A stretch of 64,000 nucleotides of DNA from Alphaproteobacteria bacterium (GCA_965216755.1 CBDCGL010000011.1:800001-864000), one strand, 5' to 3'. Positions 1 through 10,088 are shown, counted from the first letter of the stretch. Notes: generated by a model from the sequence alone, not told the origin. Translations and numbers: made by a program.

Positions 1-2
1 AT

Positions 3-371
3 GGCGTTGCGGCGTCGATCATCAAAGGCGGCTGTGCCATAAGCGGTCTGTACGATCTCAATCCTTTCCCGTACACATACTTGCAGCCGAAAATACAACT
101 AACATGGGAACAAGTGCGCAATAACAGCCCGATAACACAGATTCCAAACAATGCGCCTCCCTTGACCGTGGCCGTCGGTGGCAGTGAATCCGCGGAATTT
201 CGACGACAGAGCCGCGATTACTTGGCTGCGTGGCAGGCGGCCGGCCACGAGGGCTCATGGCTGGAGCCTGTCGGAAAGGACCACTTCACCGTGTTGGAAG
301 CTTTTCGTGAGCCGGGTAGCCCTTTGCTGGAGCGCGTGATCAAGATGGCGATGGCGCAACCGCAAACGTAG
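3..371 (+). CDS. alpha/beta hydrolase, arylformamidase (kynurenine formamidase)-like; 5'-truncated by window edge
   Basis: Frame open from position 3 (GVAASIIKGGCAISGLYDL...). 'ISGLYDL', 'VAVGGSESAEFRRQS' and 'DHF' (catalytic His) are typical of the C-terminal half of this esterase family. The 3' end overlaps the convergent nosR-like gene by 32 bp. Confidence 0.7.
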   Translation, partial: GVAASIIKGGCAISGLYDLNPFPYTYLQPKIQLTWEQVRNNSPITQIPNNAPPLTVAVGGSESAEFRRQSRDYLAAWQAAGHEGSWLEPVGKDHFTVLEAFREPGSPLLERVIKMAMAQPQT

Positions 372-2403
372 GCGCGGGATCGTTCGCCGGTCTGGCTTTG
401 CGCTGCTTTGCCAACGGCGGACACTTATGTGCATCGTGGTAAAGCAATTGGCAATCCAAACAATAGAAACACTCGCTCATCTTGATCTTGCCGTTCGGCT
501 CGATCGCTTGAATGGGGCAGGCGCGTTCGCAAAGACGACAGGGGCTGCCACATTCCTTTCGTCGTTGTAGCCAATTACCGATCCGAAGGCGTCCGCCGAT
601 GGCCATGACGGCTCCGAGTGGACAGAGAAACCGGCAAAAGAAACGCTCAACAAACAGTCCGACCAATAGCAGCGCCACGGCATAGACGAGGTACGGCCAA
701 CTGCGCGCAAAATGCAGTGAAATTGCGGTCTTGAACGGCTCTACCTCGGCGACGCTGTTGGCGGTTGGCATGGACACGAAGGAAACAACGATAAGTCCCA
801 ATAACACCACGTATTTAACCGGCCACAATTTCCGGTGCATGGCTGCGGACAATGACAGCTGGGGCAATCTTAAGCCGCGTGCGAGCTTGGCCAACAGTTC
901 TTGCAGCGCGCCAAACGGGCATAACCAGCCGCAGAATATGCCCCGGCCCCAAATGAGGAACGTGACAACCGTATAAGCGACAAGGATCGCGATTATGGGG
1001 TCGGCCAAAAACACATCGATCGACATGGAACCAATCGCGGATTGAAGCCACGTTACGATATGTACGATCGACAATTGTCCGCCGATCATCCAGCCAAGCC
1101 AGACCAAAACGGCGGCCAGGAAAGTCAAGCGGATCGTCGTGTAGGTTCTGGAATACCGTGTAAGTATCCTTTGCGCGAACAAGATCACGGTGAGCACAGC
1201 CAATAATGCCGTGAGAAGTGCAATATTCGCCGATTGCGCGCGCCAAGCTGCAAATGCATCGGACGTCGCTATGGCTGACGCGCCGGTGGTTGTTTGAGCT
1301 ACCGTCAGCACATATCGTTCGGGCAATTCATAAGTCAGGGTCTCGACTTGGCCGCCGCTTGCGAAACCCTTGTCGTCCATTGCCAAGTCCACGTGCCACG
1401 GCTGCATCGGATCAATTCCGCGATCAGCGGGCAGTCGGAACAGACCAATATCCTGAAAATCTGGGACTTCGGCGCCGCGGAGAAATGGCATAAAACGATA
1501 GTCATCGCGTGCCAGTTCGACGACGCGATCTTGCTGGCGCAGCCGGACACGGTCGAAAGTCCCGGTGCGAAAAACGTCGCCACCGATAAACGACGACGAA
1601 CCGTTCGACATCAAAAGAAAAACGGTATCAGCACCGCTGTGTGTGCTGACGAACAACCGGTACCAGGTGTCGCCCAGAAGGTTCCTGCCAATATGGGCTG
1701 GCGTGACCAGCGCTGTGTATAAATCGACCTCTGGCTGGTTCGGCGTACCGCCAACACTAAGATGTGCGATCGCGCGGTCGTCGATCAGCGACGGCCAGGT
1801 GGCTGGCTCGTAGGCAATCATATCGACGCCGGCATTGTCGCCGATCAACCCACGAGAGTGCGCGACCGCGCGCGCCGCACGTATTATGGATTGATGAAAC
1901 AAGATCGCGCTAATTGTCGCAGCACTGATGCCATCGACCTCACCGGCGCCGGATACGCCCTCAGGATTTATCTGCCACGCATCCTGGTAGGGCAAATCTT
2001 CATACTGGGTCAGGAATCGCGCGACCCGATCATGCAGCATGTTGTAGTCGATGATGGGTTCGGTGTGCTGAACCAGGGCCACCCCGGTTAAGCGACCGTC
2101 GAGATTGATTGCAGCGATGATCGTAAATGGTGTCGAAGCAAATCCGACCGATTCAACTACGTCGGCGGTTGCGAATATGTATCCGGCAGGGTTCGGATCG
2201 CGGTCTCGATACAATGTGGCCGCGGGCGGATTTCCCTCGACACCGCCGACATGCGCGGCACCGGGAAAAACGGTTTTGACAATTTCATCGTCCAACCAAT
2301 TGGCAATTTCGTCGGCCTGGACGACGCTGTCGGCGAACAATATGGCGATCCAGCTGACGACCATGGCGCAAAACTTCGGCAACTTGGGGCGCCAGAAAGT
2401 CAT
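340..2403 (-). CDS. nosR: NosR/NirI-family membrane flavo-iron-sulfur protein (periplasmic FMN-binding domain, TM helices, CX3CP motifs, 2x 4Fe-4S)
   Basis: Start taken at ATG 2403 (GAGGAG upstream). Motifs HTEPI, DGISAAT, CGWLCPFGALQE, EVEPFKTAI, CRFLCPLGA, CGSPCRLCERACP, CFYCLDCQ...CPPL. The symbol denotes family only; no nosZ is adjacent. Confidence 0.85.
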   Translation of the reverse strand: MTFWRPKLPKFCAMVVSWIAILFADSVVQADEIANWLDDEIVKTVFPGAAHVGGVEGNPPAATLYRDRDPNPAGYIFATADVVESVGFASTPFTIIAAINLDGRLTGVALVQHTEPIIDYNMLHDRVARFLTQYEDLPYQDAWQINPEGVSGAGEVDGISAATISAILFHQSIIRAARAVAHSRGLIGDNAGVDMIAYEPATWPSLIDDRAIAHLSVGGTPNQPEVDLYTALVTPAHIGRNLLGDTWYRLFVSTHSGADTVFLLMSNGSSSFIGGDVFRTGTFDRVRLRQQDRVVELARDDYRFMPFLRGAEVPDFQDIGLFRLPADRGIDPMQPWHVDLAMDDKGFASGGQVETLTYELPERYVLTVAQTTTGASAIATSDAFAAWRAQSANIALLTALLAVLTVILFAQRILTRYSRTYTTIRLTFLAAVLVWLGWMIGGQLSIVHIVTWLQSAIGSMSIDVFLADPIIAILVAYTVVTFLIWGRGIFCGWLCPFGALQELLAKLARGLRLPQLSLSAAMHRKLWPVKYVVLLGLIVVSFVSMPTANSVAEVEPFKTAISLHFARSWPYLVYAVALLLVGLFVERFFCRFLCPLGAVMAIGGRLRIGNWLQRRKECGSPCRLCERACPIQAIEPNGKIKMSECFYCLDCQLLYHDAHKCPPLAKQRKARPANDPAPTFAVAPSPS

Positions 2404-2561
2404 CTTCGGCTCCTCTTGGGCATGGCGGCCGCGCCGGAGTGCGGGGCCCGGCGGCGTTTTTATAGGATCTTGCCCGAAAGAGAAGCGCATTCGCCGCACG
2501 GCAGTGCGCGAAGACCGTAAGACAACCTCTATGGCGTAGCGAGCTTATCGGTCGGGGCGAA

Positions 2562-2951
2562 TTACCCGACCTGTCCAAGCGCCCGATTGGCGGATTTACC
2601 GTTCCCGCTATCCAAACCCAAGAGCATGTTCACGCACAGGAGAACGTGGTCGATTTCGGTTGGTTGACCCAGAAATTGTAGCCCCAGCGCACCGCTCGTG
2701 CGCCAAACAGGCTGACCCAAGAAAACCGGGGCGCCCCCATATGCAACACGCAACGCGCCAACGGCGGGGACACCCTCGACCATGTCGAGACAAATCCCGC
2801 CCAACGAAACATCTCGCACCAGGGCGCGCGCGGATTTGCCACCCACGTTAAGATTCACCCAGGTCGGGCGGTGTAACGCATAGCGGTGCCAACGACGTCG
2901 GTCGCTATCATTCTTTTCAACAGGGTCAATTGGGCAATTGGCTATGGACAT
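2562..2951 (-). CDS. single-domain PilZ protein (putative c-di-GMP receptor)
   Basis: RRRWHR (RxxxR) and DVSLGG (D/NxSxxG) motifs; 'VWR...LGLQF' C-terminal PilZ strands. Confidence 0.75.
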   Translation of the reverse strand: MSIANCPIDPVEKNDSDRRRWHRYALHRPTWVNLNVGGKSARALVRDVSLGGICLDMVEGVPAVGALRVAYGGAPVFLGQPVWRTSGALGLQFLGQPTEIDHVLLCVNMLLGLDSGNGKSANRALGQVG

Positions 2952-3189
2952 TTCTTGCTTGCCATGTCGCTGAATGCGTGTCGGCGTTAGGTTTACGTGA
3001 CGGTATTAAGAACTGGTTGATTTGAGCGTGGCGGTGTCGCGGTAGCATCCTAGCCGCCATGCAGTTACGGTTACGACTAGGCGCCGCGCGTGCTTGTCAG
3101 AGTGCTTACGGTACTCTCTCGCACTGTCGCTTCCCGCGCTTTCGAGATCACCCTGACAATGGAATTCAACTTTGCAAATCAGGTGCAAT

Positions 3190-4287
3190 ATGTCTCAAAA
3201 ATCATTGAAGCGTCGCAATTTTCTCAAAGCTGCTGGAGTCGGCGCCACGGCCATGGCCGCGTCAAGCCTACCGGCACCGGCGATTGCGCAAGACCGGTTT
3301 CGTTGGAAGATGGTCACCTGCTGGCCGAAGAACTTCCCGGGTGTGGGAACCGCTGCCAAGCGAGTGGCGGATGCCATTACCGAAATGTCGGACGGCCAGC
3401 TTGAGGTGAAACTGTTCGCCGACGGCGAGTTGGTGCCGGCGTTTGAAGTATTCGACGCCGTGCGCGAAGGCAAAGCCGAATGCGGGCATGATACGCCCTA
3501 TTACTGGTTGGCAAAGAACAAGAGCGCGGCGTTTTTCGGCTCGGTTCCGGGCGGCCTGACAACCCAGGAACATTCTGCCTGGGTTTACTATGGCGGCGGC
3601 CAGGAACTGTGGGACGAGCTCTACGGCGAATTTGGCTTGCGTGCATGGTTGGCGGGTAATGCGGGCATGCAAATGGTGGGGTGGTTTCGTGACGAAATTA
3701 AGTCACTGGATGACATTCAAGGGCTCAAAATCCGGATGGCTGGGCTCCAGGCCGAGGTGTTCAACCGCCTTGGCGGTACGACTGTAAACCTACCCGGCGG
3801 CGAAACGATGTCGGCTTTGCAGTCGGGCGTGATTGATGCGGCCGAATGGGGGGGGCCGTGGATGGATCTGGCATTCGGCTTTTATAAGGTTACCAAGAAC
3901 TGCTACGGTCCTGGCATTCATGAGCCCGGTACCGCGCAATCGCTTTTGGTGAACTTGGCGGCCTATGAAGCCTTGCCCAAGCACTTGCAGGCCATCGTTC
4001 GACACGCGGCCGAATCAGAGGCTGGCCGCTTGCCGGCAGAGTTCGCGGCAAAAAACGCCTTGGCATTCGAGAAGCTCGTCACCGAGCACGGGGTCAATAT
4101 GGCGCCCCTGCCTGATGATGTTCTTAAGAAGTGGTTCGAAGTGGCCGAGGATGTCGTCGCGGAAACGGCCGAAGAGGGCGAGATAAATCAGCGAATCTAT
4201 GAAAGCTGGCGTGCATTCCGACGGCGGGCCATAGGCATGACCTCCCTTCACGAACTCGGCTATCTGCGCAATCGCATGCCGACCTGA
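3190..4287 (+). CDS. TRAP transporter substrate-binding protein (DctP/TakP-like) with Tat signal
   Basis: KRRNFLK twin-arginine signal; APAIAQ...RWKMVTCWP, GELVPAFEVFDAV, GWFRDEI, GLKIR, IDAAEW motifs. Confidence 0.9.
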   Translation: MSQKSLKRRNFLKAAGVGATAMAASSLPAPAIAQDRFRWKMVTCWPKNFPGVGTAAKRVADAITEMSDGQLEVKLFADGELVPAFEVFDAVREGKAECGHDTPYYWLAKNKSAAFFGSVPGGLTTQEHSAWVYYGGGQELWDELYGEFGLRAWLAGNAGMQMVGWFRDEIKSLDDIQGLKIRMAGLQAEVFNRLGGTTVNLPGGETMSALQSGVIDAAEWGGPWMDLAFGFYKVTKNCYGPGIHEPGTAQSLLVNLAAYEALPKHLQAIVRHAAESEAGRLPAEFAAKNALAFEKLVTEHGVNMAPLPDDVLKKWFEVAEDVVAETAEEGEINQRIYESWRAFRRRAIGMTSLHELGYLRNRMPT

Positions 4288-6224
4288 CAACGAATCGGGC
4301 GCAATGAAATTCGCGCCAGCCTCTCCGCTTGCCCAATGATCGGAAATGTTGTGGCAGAATTGGGTGGAGGAGAGCCAGGTCACCACAATAATTGGTCGTC
4401 TTGGTCGCAGAATTATCACAGGTGTGGGCCCGACCTTGTGCGCGCGACGGGCCTATGCCGTCCTGAATGTGGGGCGAACGGCCCTAGACGCGGGGGGCAA
4501 CCCTCTCGTATTGACCCACCAGAAGTTCGTGCTCACCGACGCGGCTCATCGGGCTTTTGTCTTCGCGCCATGCTGCAGTGTGTGTTGCCGGCCTTATGCA
4601 CAGGTATGCCGCCGGGGCCGATTTGAACGGTCTACTTTGACGAAATGTGACGGTCATACGCGATACGCCCCCAAAGAGAGTGACACACCCTTCTGTTGCG
4701 TGTCTGCACCAGCCAAGCGCTGCCCCCTTGTTCCACCTCCATCGCTCCCAAGCGCAAATACCGTTCGTTCCCGTAGCGAGGAATCCGAAATGCGCACTCA
4801 CGTTTAGTTGCATACGGAATTCCGGCGGTCACATCGACTGCGGTAACGCGGTCTCCCAAAGCTGAGTTCGCGCCGGATGAGACAACTACGATCGAAGGCG
4901 CGGGAGCGGCGCCATGTGACGAGGCCAGGAATACTATAACCTAATCAGCGCATTACATTTTCGCACTACTATAACACTACTGCATATTACTCAATGAATT
5001 TCACCGACTTCATACGCAGTAGCACACAAAGACGTTTTTATGCGTCGCGTCGTGGCCAGAATGCAGACTACCGCGCAAGCCTGGGCGACCAATCTCCAGA
5101 AGTCAGCGGCCTCAAACGGAGCGGCGCGGTGTCGGCCGACGCGCGACCTGCCTTATCTGCGACTGTGGCACGAGCGCACCGGGTCACAATGGGCTACTTT
5201 GAGCGTGGGACACACCGTTGGATGTGAAACAATGACCGCCGGACAAGCCTTCTGAGAGCGCGTGGCGCGACTGCACCTGCGTATGTGGATGGTGCGCTGA
5301 GGGCCCGCGGGGAGCGAGTCACTCACTACCCCTCGTGCGGTCCCGCGTACCGACACGAACCAATTAGCTGCAAGAGAAGTTGATGGAAAAGAACCAGGCG
5401 GAGGCGCGCCGAAGCGGCCCTTTGTCCTGGCGTTGATGGGTCGTGCAAACGACCCCGATCGTACAGCCTGTGACAAAAATCGTACGTCACCGATACAGCG
5501 TTTCTCCAAGATTGGCTGGAGCGTATGCTGAATATGACGTGCGGTCTTTTCCGCGGCTCGTCCGGTTGGCGTGATGCCGAATGGCCTTGCTGGGATCGTG
5601 ATGGCTCGCGGACCGCATCCAAGGTTCGCCTGTGCGGCGTTTGAAAACAGATCGACGGATTGGAACCGAATGGGGCCCCATTTTCGGCCGTCGCTTACGT
5701 CTAGCCAAATCGCAAATAAGTATTAATTATTAATAAATTATATTAAATTCCTAAGTGTTCTTATGAGCTACCAACCTGGGGCTAGAATCGATGGCGTCTC
5801 GCGAACGCACGAACGACCGGTTTGCCGATTTTGCCCACAAACGGTCCAACTTTTTTGGCAGGGTGGCATGACCTGTATCGCCGAACGTGAACGCTCCAAC
5901 CCACGCAGTCTTCGGACGCGACACCAACGAGGTTGGGCAAAACTCGGTATGACTTTTCGGATAGCGCGCGGGAAGGTGTTGGGAATTGGGCTTGATAGGC
6001 CAAAATGAAGCGCCTCAGAAATGTCACAAATAAGATCACAATATATAATATTTTTTAATATATTATGTAGAATATCGAATAAATAAATAGAAGTCGGCTA
6101 CAAATTGCTGGGCGTGCACTCGTTAGGCGGGTCGCACCTCGGTGATTCTAAGGTTTTATCTTAGGACAAGAGAAGATAATAAAATAATAACAGTTTATTA
6201 TACTGGAACAATAAGATTGTTTAT

Positions 6225-6314
6225 TGGCGGATGGGGTGGGATTCGAACCCACGAGAGGTGCGAACCTCTGCCGGTTTTCAAGACCGGTGCCTTCAACCAC
6301 TCGGCCACCCATCC
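6225..6314 (-). tRNA. tRNA-Ser (UGA)
   Basis: Minus strand reads GGATGGGTGGCCGAGTGGTTGAAGGCACCGGTCTTGAAAACCGGC...GGGTTCGAATCCCACCCCATCCGCCA: 90 nt, anticodon TGA, long variable arm, encoded CCA. Confidence 0.97.
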
Positions 6315-6632
6315 ACGCGGTGATACGATTTCCCGGGACGAGAAGGCGCCCCAACACGCATGCATACACAGTATCGCGCGCCGAACTTCTAGCCCAGATT
6401 TGATGCCCGGGTCTACTGCATAGGTGTTCCCAGAGAAGCGGGGTTCGTAATTCGAGGAAGAAGTGCCGTGGCAGATGAACTGGCGACGCTTCCGCGAGAA
6501 CATGGCGACTTGAACCATCTTGCCGAATTGCGTTGCTCGTGCCGGTCCGCCGAGACAAAATTTAGTTCATAATAATAATCAACAACGGAATATAAATGAT
6601 AAAGATATAAATGGCATATAAAGTAATTTTGA

Positions 6633-7523
6633 TTATATTTCTGAGATCATAAAATCGATGAATGCGCGGACTTTCGGGGCCTGAAATCGTCCAGGCGGGT
6701 AGAGGGCGTGGACACCCAATTGCCGCTCCGGCACGTCGTCAAATTCTGACAGAATTCGGGTAAGCGTACCGACCTCGATAGGTGGTGTGGCAATAAAGGC
6801 CGGCAGAACGGCGATCCCAATGCCTGCCACCGCGGCGTCCCTCAATACCTCACCATTGTTGGCCGTGAGGGAACCCGAAACGGGAACCCGGATCTCTCGT
6901 CCGCTTTGACTAGAAAAGCGCCACTCGTTGCCGGTCTCGCCGTGCGAGTAGATCAAGCAGTTGTGCTGTCGGAGGTCATCCGGACAACCCGGTGTGCCTG
7001 CTCTATCGAGATATGTCGGGCTCGCGCAGACAACATGTGGCGCGCTACAGATCCGACGTGCGATCAGGCTTGAATCTGGAAGCCGGGCGATACGTATCAC
7101 GACATCGTAATGTCCTGCGAGCACATCAATGATCTGGTCGTCCAAACAAAGATCAATCGTTAGGTCTGGGTACCTTTTCAAGAATTTTGGCAGGCGTGGC
7201 GCTACGTGAAGAGTGCCGAAGCTCATCGGTGCGTTGACTCGCAAGACACCTGTCGGTTTTGCCTGAAGTAGATTGACGGCTTCCTGAGCTTCCTGGGCTT
7301 CGGCGACAATGGCCCGCGCACGTTCGTAAAACGCTTCCCCAGCCTCGGTCATTACCACGGTACGCGTGGTGCGGTTCAAGAGACGCGCCCCGAGTCGTGC
7401 CTCAAGCCGACTAATCTGTTTGCTGACTGTCGACTTGGACACGCCGAGCGTCTTCGCGGCTTGACTAAATCCGCCCGCCGCGACGACTTGCGCGAAAATC
7501 CAATATCCGGAAAGTGGGTCCAT
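6633..7523 (-). CDS. LysR-family transcriptional regulator (CrgA-like)
   Basis: N-terminal HTH 'GFSQAAKTLGVSKSTVSKQISRLEARLGARLLNRTTR'; GVLRVNAPMSFG; PKVRAFIDF. Start taken at ATG 7523. Confidence 0.93.
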   Translation of the reverse strand: MDPLSGYWIFAQVVAAGGFSQAAKTLGVSKSTVSKQISRLEARLGARLLNRTTRTVVMTEAGEAFYERARAIVAEAQEAQEAVNLLQAKPTGVLRVNAPMSFGTLHVAPRLPKFLKRYPDLTIDLCLDDQIIDVLAGHYDVVIRIARLPDSSLIARRICSAPHVVCASPTYLDRAGTPGCPDDLRQHNCLIYSHGETGNEWRFSSQSGREIRVPVSGSLTANNGEVLRDAAVAGIGIAVLPAFIATPPIEVGTLTRILSEFDDVPERQLGVHALYPPGRFQAPKVRAFIDFMISEI

Positions 7524-7528
7524 GCTGA

Positions 7529-7551
7529 ATTGTTGCTCACTTAGAAACAAT
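7529..7551. promoter_or_regulatory. putative LysR binding site (ATTGTT-N11-AACAAT)
   Basis: Inverted repeat ATTGTT GCTCACTTAGA AACAAT containing a T-N11-A core, in the divergent LysR/GST intergenic region. Confidence 0.55.
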
Positions 7552-7669
7552 GATATGAAAATTTAACAGATTGTCTATTCAAAGAGCATCAGCTACCTAA
7601 GGACGAAGCGCAATGCAATCCGGTCCACCGCGACGCCGCCCTGGACCGATGTGGCCAGGGAGAACGACG

Positions 7670-8632
7670 ATGGGAATGCTTGTTGACGGCGTTTGGCGCG
7701 ACGAATGGTACGACACCAAACGTAGCGGCGGTCGATTCGTTCGCAAGGACGCCAGTTTCCGTGGTTGGATTTCGGCCGATGGATCGACGGCATTTCCAGC
7801 CGAAGCGGGGCGCTACCACCTCTATGTTTCGTACGCGTGTCCGTGGGCGCATCGAACTTTGATTTTTCGGCGCCTAAAAGGCTTAGAGGACGCCATTGGC
7901 ATCAGCGTCGTGGCACCACTAATGCTGGAAAACGGGTGGGTGCTCGATGCGGGTGCTGATCCGGTAAACGAAGCCAGGTTCCTGCATGAGATATATACGC
8001 GTGCGAAACCCGACTATACGGGCCGGGTCACCGTGCCGGTCCTCTGGGACAAACAGACGATGGCGATCGTAAACAACGAGTCATCTGAGATCATCCGGAT
8101 GATGAATCACGGTTTTGGGGATCTGGCCCAGGGGCCGGACTTCTATCCCGCATCTCTCAGGGGCAAGATCGATGACCTCAATGCGTGGATTTACAGCGAC
8201 ATCAACAACGGCGTCTATCGCGCCGGATTCGCGACCACGCAAGCGGCATACGACGAGGCCGTCATGACTCTTTTTTCAGCGTTGGATCGGGTCGAAACGA
8301 TCTTGTCGAAAAACCGTTATCTGACCGGCCCGCAGCTGACCGAAGCTGATTGGCGCCTGTTCACAACGCTGTTGCGGTTCGACGCTGTGTATCACGGCCA
8401 TTTCAAGTGTAATGTGCGCCGCCTGGTCGACTGTCCAAACATCTGGGGATATTTGCGTGAGCTCTACCAGGTTCCAGGTGTCGCCGGGACGGTCCACATG
8501 GACCACATCAAAGGCCATTATTATGGCAGCCATCGCAGTATCAACCCGACTGGAATCGTCCCCATGGGTCCACAGTTGGAATTCGAGACGCCGCACGGTC
8601 GGGACAAATCCGGCCAAGCACATGCGGCGTGA
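7670..8632 (+). CDS. yqjG: glutathionyl-hydroquinone reductase (GST Xi/omega-like, YqjG/ECM4 family)
   Basis: MGMLVDGVW, GRYHLYVSYACPWAHR, GRVTVPVLWDK, NNESSEIIRM, NNGVYRAGFA, HIKGHYYGSH...INPTGIVP. Confidence 0.9.
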   Translation: MGMLVDGVWRDEWYDTKRSGGRFVRKDASFRGWISADGSTAFPAEAGRYHLYVSYACPWAHRTLIFRRLKGLEDAIGISVVAPLMLENGWVLDAGADPVNEARFLHEIYTRAKPDYTGRVTVPVLWDKQTMAIVNNESSEIIRMMNHGFGDLAQGPDFYPASLRGKIDDLNAWIYSDINNGVYRAGFATTQAAYDEAVMTLFSALDRVETILSKNRYLTGPQLTEADWRLFTTLLRFDAVYHGHFKCNVRRLVDCPNIWGYLRELYQVPGVAGTVHMDHIKGHYYGSHRSINPTGIVPMGPQLEFETPHGRDKSGQAHAA

Positions 8633-8831
8633 TTGAACTCTTTGGGCTGATACGTTCTCCGCCGCTTCGTCACCGCCTGGAACCGACTGGTCACGCGGTG
8701 CAATTGAGGTCAATCACGGCCGCGGCCGAGTGCATATCACCCGCGCGCCAACCTTCGGATGACTCAAGTCGGTTTGTTGGTATTGTTGGCGCCGTGACGA
8801 AACGGTCAGTCAACAGGGGCCAACGATACGA

Positions 8832-10088
8832 ATGGATCACGAAGCACCGGCCATACCCACGCAGCACCTTCCGCGTTTGCCCGTCGGCGGCGGTTTTCAA
8901 ATGCTGCGAGGGATCACCGTTGTCGATCTGACCACGTCTCTCGCGGGCCCATACGCATCCATGTTGCTCGGCGATTTCGGCGCCGATATCTTGAAAGTGG
9001 AACGGCACGACGTTGGCGATGACTCGCGCGCCTGGGGCCCGCCATTTCTTGATGGCCACTCGTTGATGTTCGTTTCGGTCAATCGCAATAAGCGCAGCAT
9101 TGGGCTCGACCTCACATCACCGTCAGGACGTGCCGTATTTGAAGACTTGGTCAAGTGCGCCGACGTGGTGTTGAGCAATCAACCGAGACAGGTGCAACGC
9201 AAATTGCGGATCGACTATGAGACCCTCCAATCACTAAGGCCTGGCTTGATATATGCGGCGATTACCGGCTTTGGATTGACCGGCGCGCGCGCCGACTATA
9301 CCGGCTATGACCTTGTTGCCGAGGGTTATTCGGGGGTTATGGACATCACTGGCGAGGCCGATGGACCGCCGCAAAAGGTCGGTACACCCGCCGCTGATAT
9401 GCTGGCCGGTCAAGATGCCGCGATGGCGGTCCTGGCGGCGTTGTTTGAACGCACACGGACAGGCGCGGGTTGCCTGATCGATATCTCGCTTGTTGAAAGC
9501 ATGACAAGGTTTCTCGGCAGTCGCATCGTGCCTTACCTCGGTTCCGGAACCGTGCCGCGGCGCTCAGGCGCGAAAGATAGCGTGATCGCCGTCTATCAGT
9601 CATTCGATACGGCTGATCATCCCATTACGCTGGGCTTGCCCTCCGAACCGATTTGGAAGCGTTTTTGGGCGGCGGTTGGGCGACCGGAACGGGCGACTGC
9701 CGCGGGCATGACATCGAATGCCGAGCGGCGCAAGGATCGCGCCAGCATCGTCCAGGAAATACAGGGGCTGCTACGTGATCGGCCACGCGATACCTGGCTG
9801 AACATTTTTGCCGCAGCCCGCGTACCGGCAGGACCGATCAACCGGGTCGACGAGGTTACCCAAGATGGGCCCTTGCGCGAACGAGGGCTTTTCTATGCGG
9901 TCGACGACCGCGGCACGTTGCTGCCGCAAGTCGGTTTCGGCATTCATGTCGACGGAGAAAAAGCATTGCCTCATCGGCCGCCACCACGTTTGGGCGCGCA
10001 CACAGTAGAGGTTCTGCGCGATAAGCTGGGTTACAGCGAATCGCGGATTGCCGATCTGCGCACAGCCGGGGCCATAACGGAAGGATGA
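8832..10088 (+). CDS. CoA transferase family III (CaiB/BaiF)
   Basis: DLTTSLAGPYASMLLGDFGADILKVE, GDDSR, NRNKRSIGLDL, GYDL; alternative start at 8901. Confidence 0.92.
   Translation: MDHEAPAIPTQHLPRLPVGGGFQMLRGITVVDLTTSLAGPYASMLLGDFGADILKVERHDVGDDSRAWGPPFLDGHSLMFVSVNRNKRSIGLDLTSPSGRAVFEDLVKCADVVLSNQPRQVQRKLRIDYETLQSLRPGLIYAAITGFGLTGARADYTGYDLVAEGYSGVMDITGEADGPPQKVGTPAADMLAGQDAAMAVLAALFERTRTGAGCLIDISLVESMTRFLGSRIVPYLGSGTVPRRSGAKDSVIAVYQSFDTADHPITLGLPSEPIWKRFWAAVGRPERATAAGMTSNAERRKDRASIVQEIQGLLRDRPRDTWLNIFAAARVPAGPINRVDEVTQDGPLRERGLFYAVDDRGTLLPQVGFGIHVDGEKALPHRPPPRLGAHTVEVLRDKLGYSESRIADLRTAGAITEG

Noticed and set aside
340-2403. Evidence of a denitrification (nos) cluster
   Set aside because: Only the NosR-family gene is present; there is no nosZDFYLX in the window.
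6046-6073. TTATGTAGAAT resembling a XerD arm
   Set aside because: No ATAA-ending XerC arm at 6-bp spacing; explained by AT-rich context.
4300-6558. Short ORFs in the gene-free tract and those overlapping tRNA-Ser
   Set aside because: No recognisable motifs, mutually overlapping frames, and several are simply translations of the tRNA.
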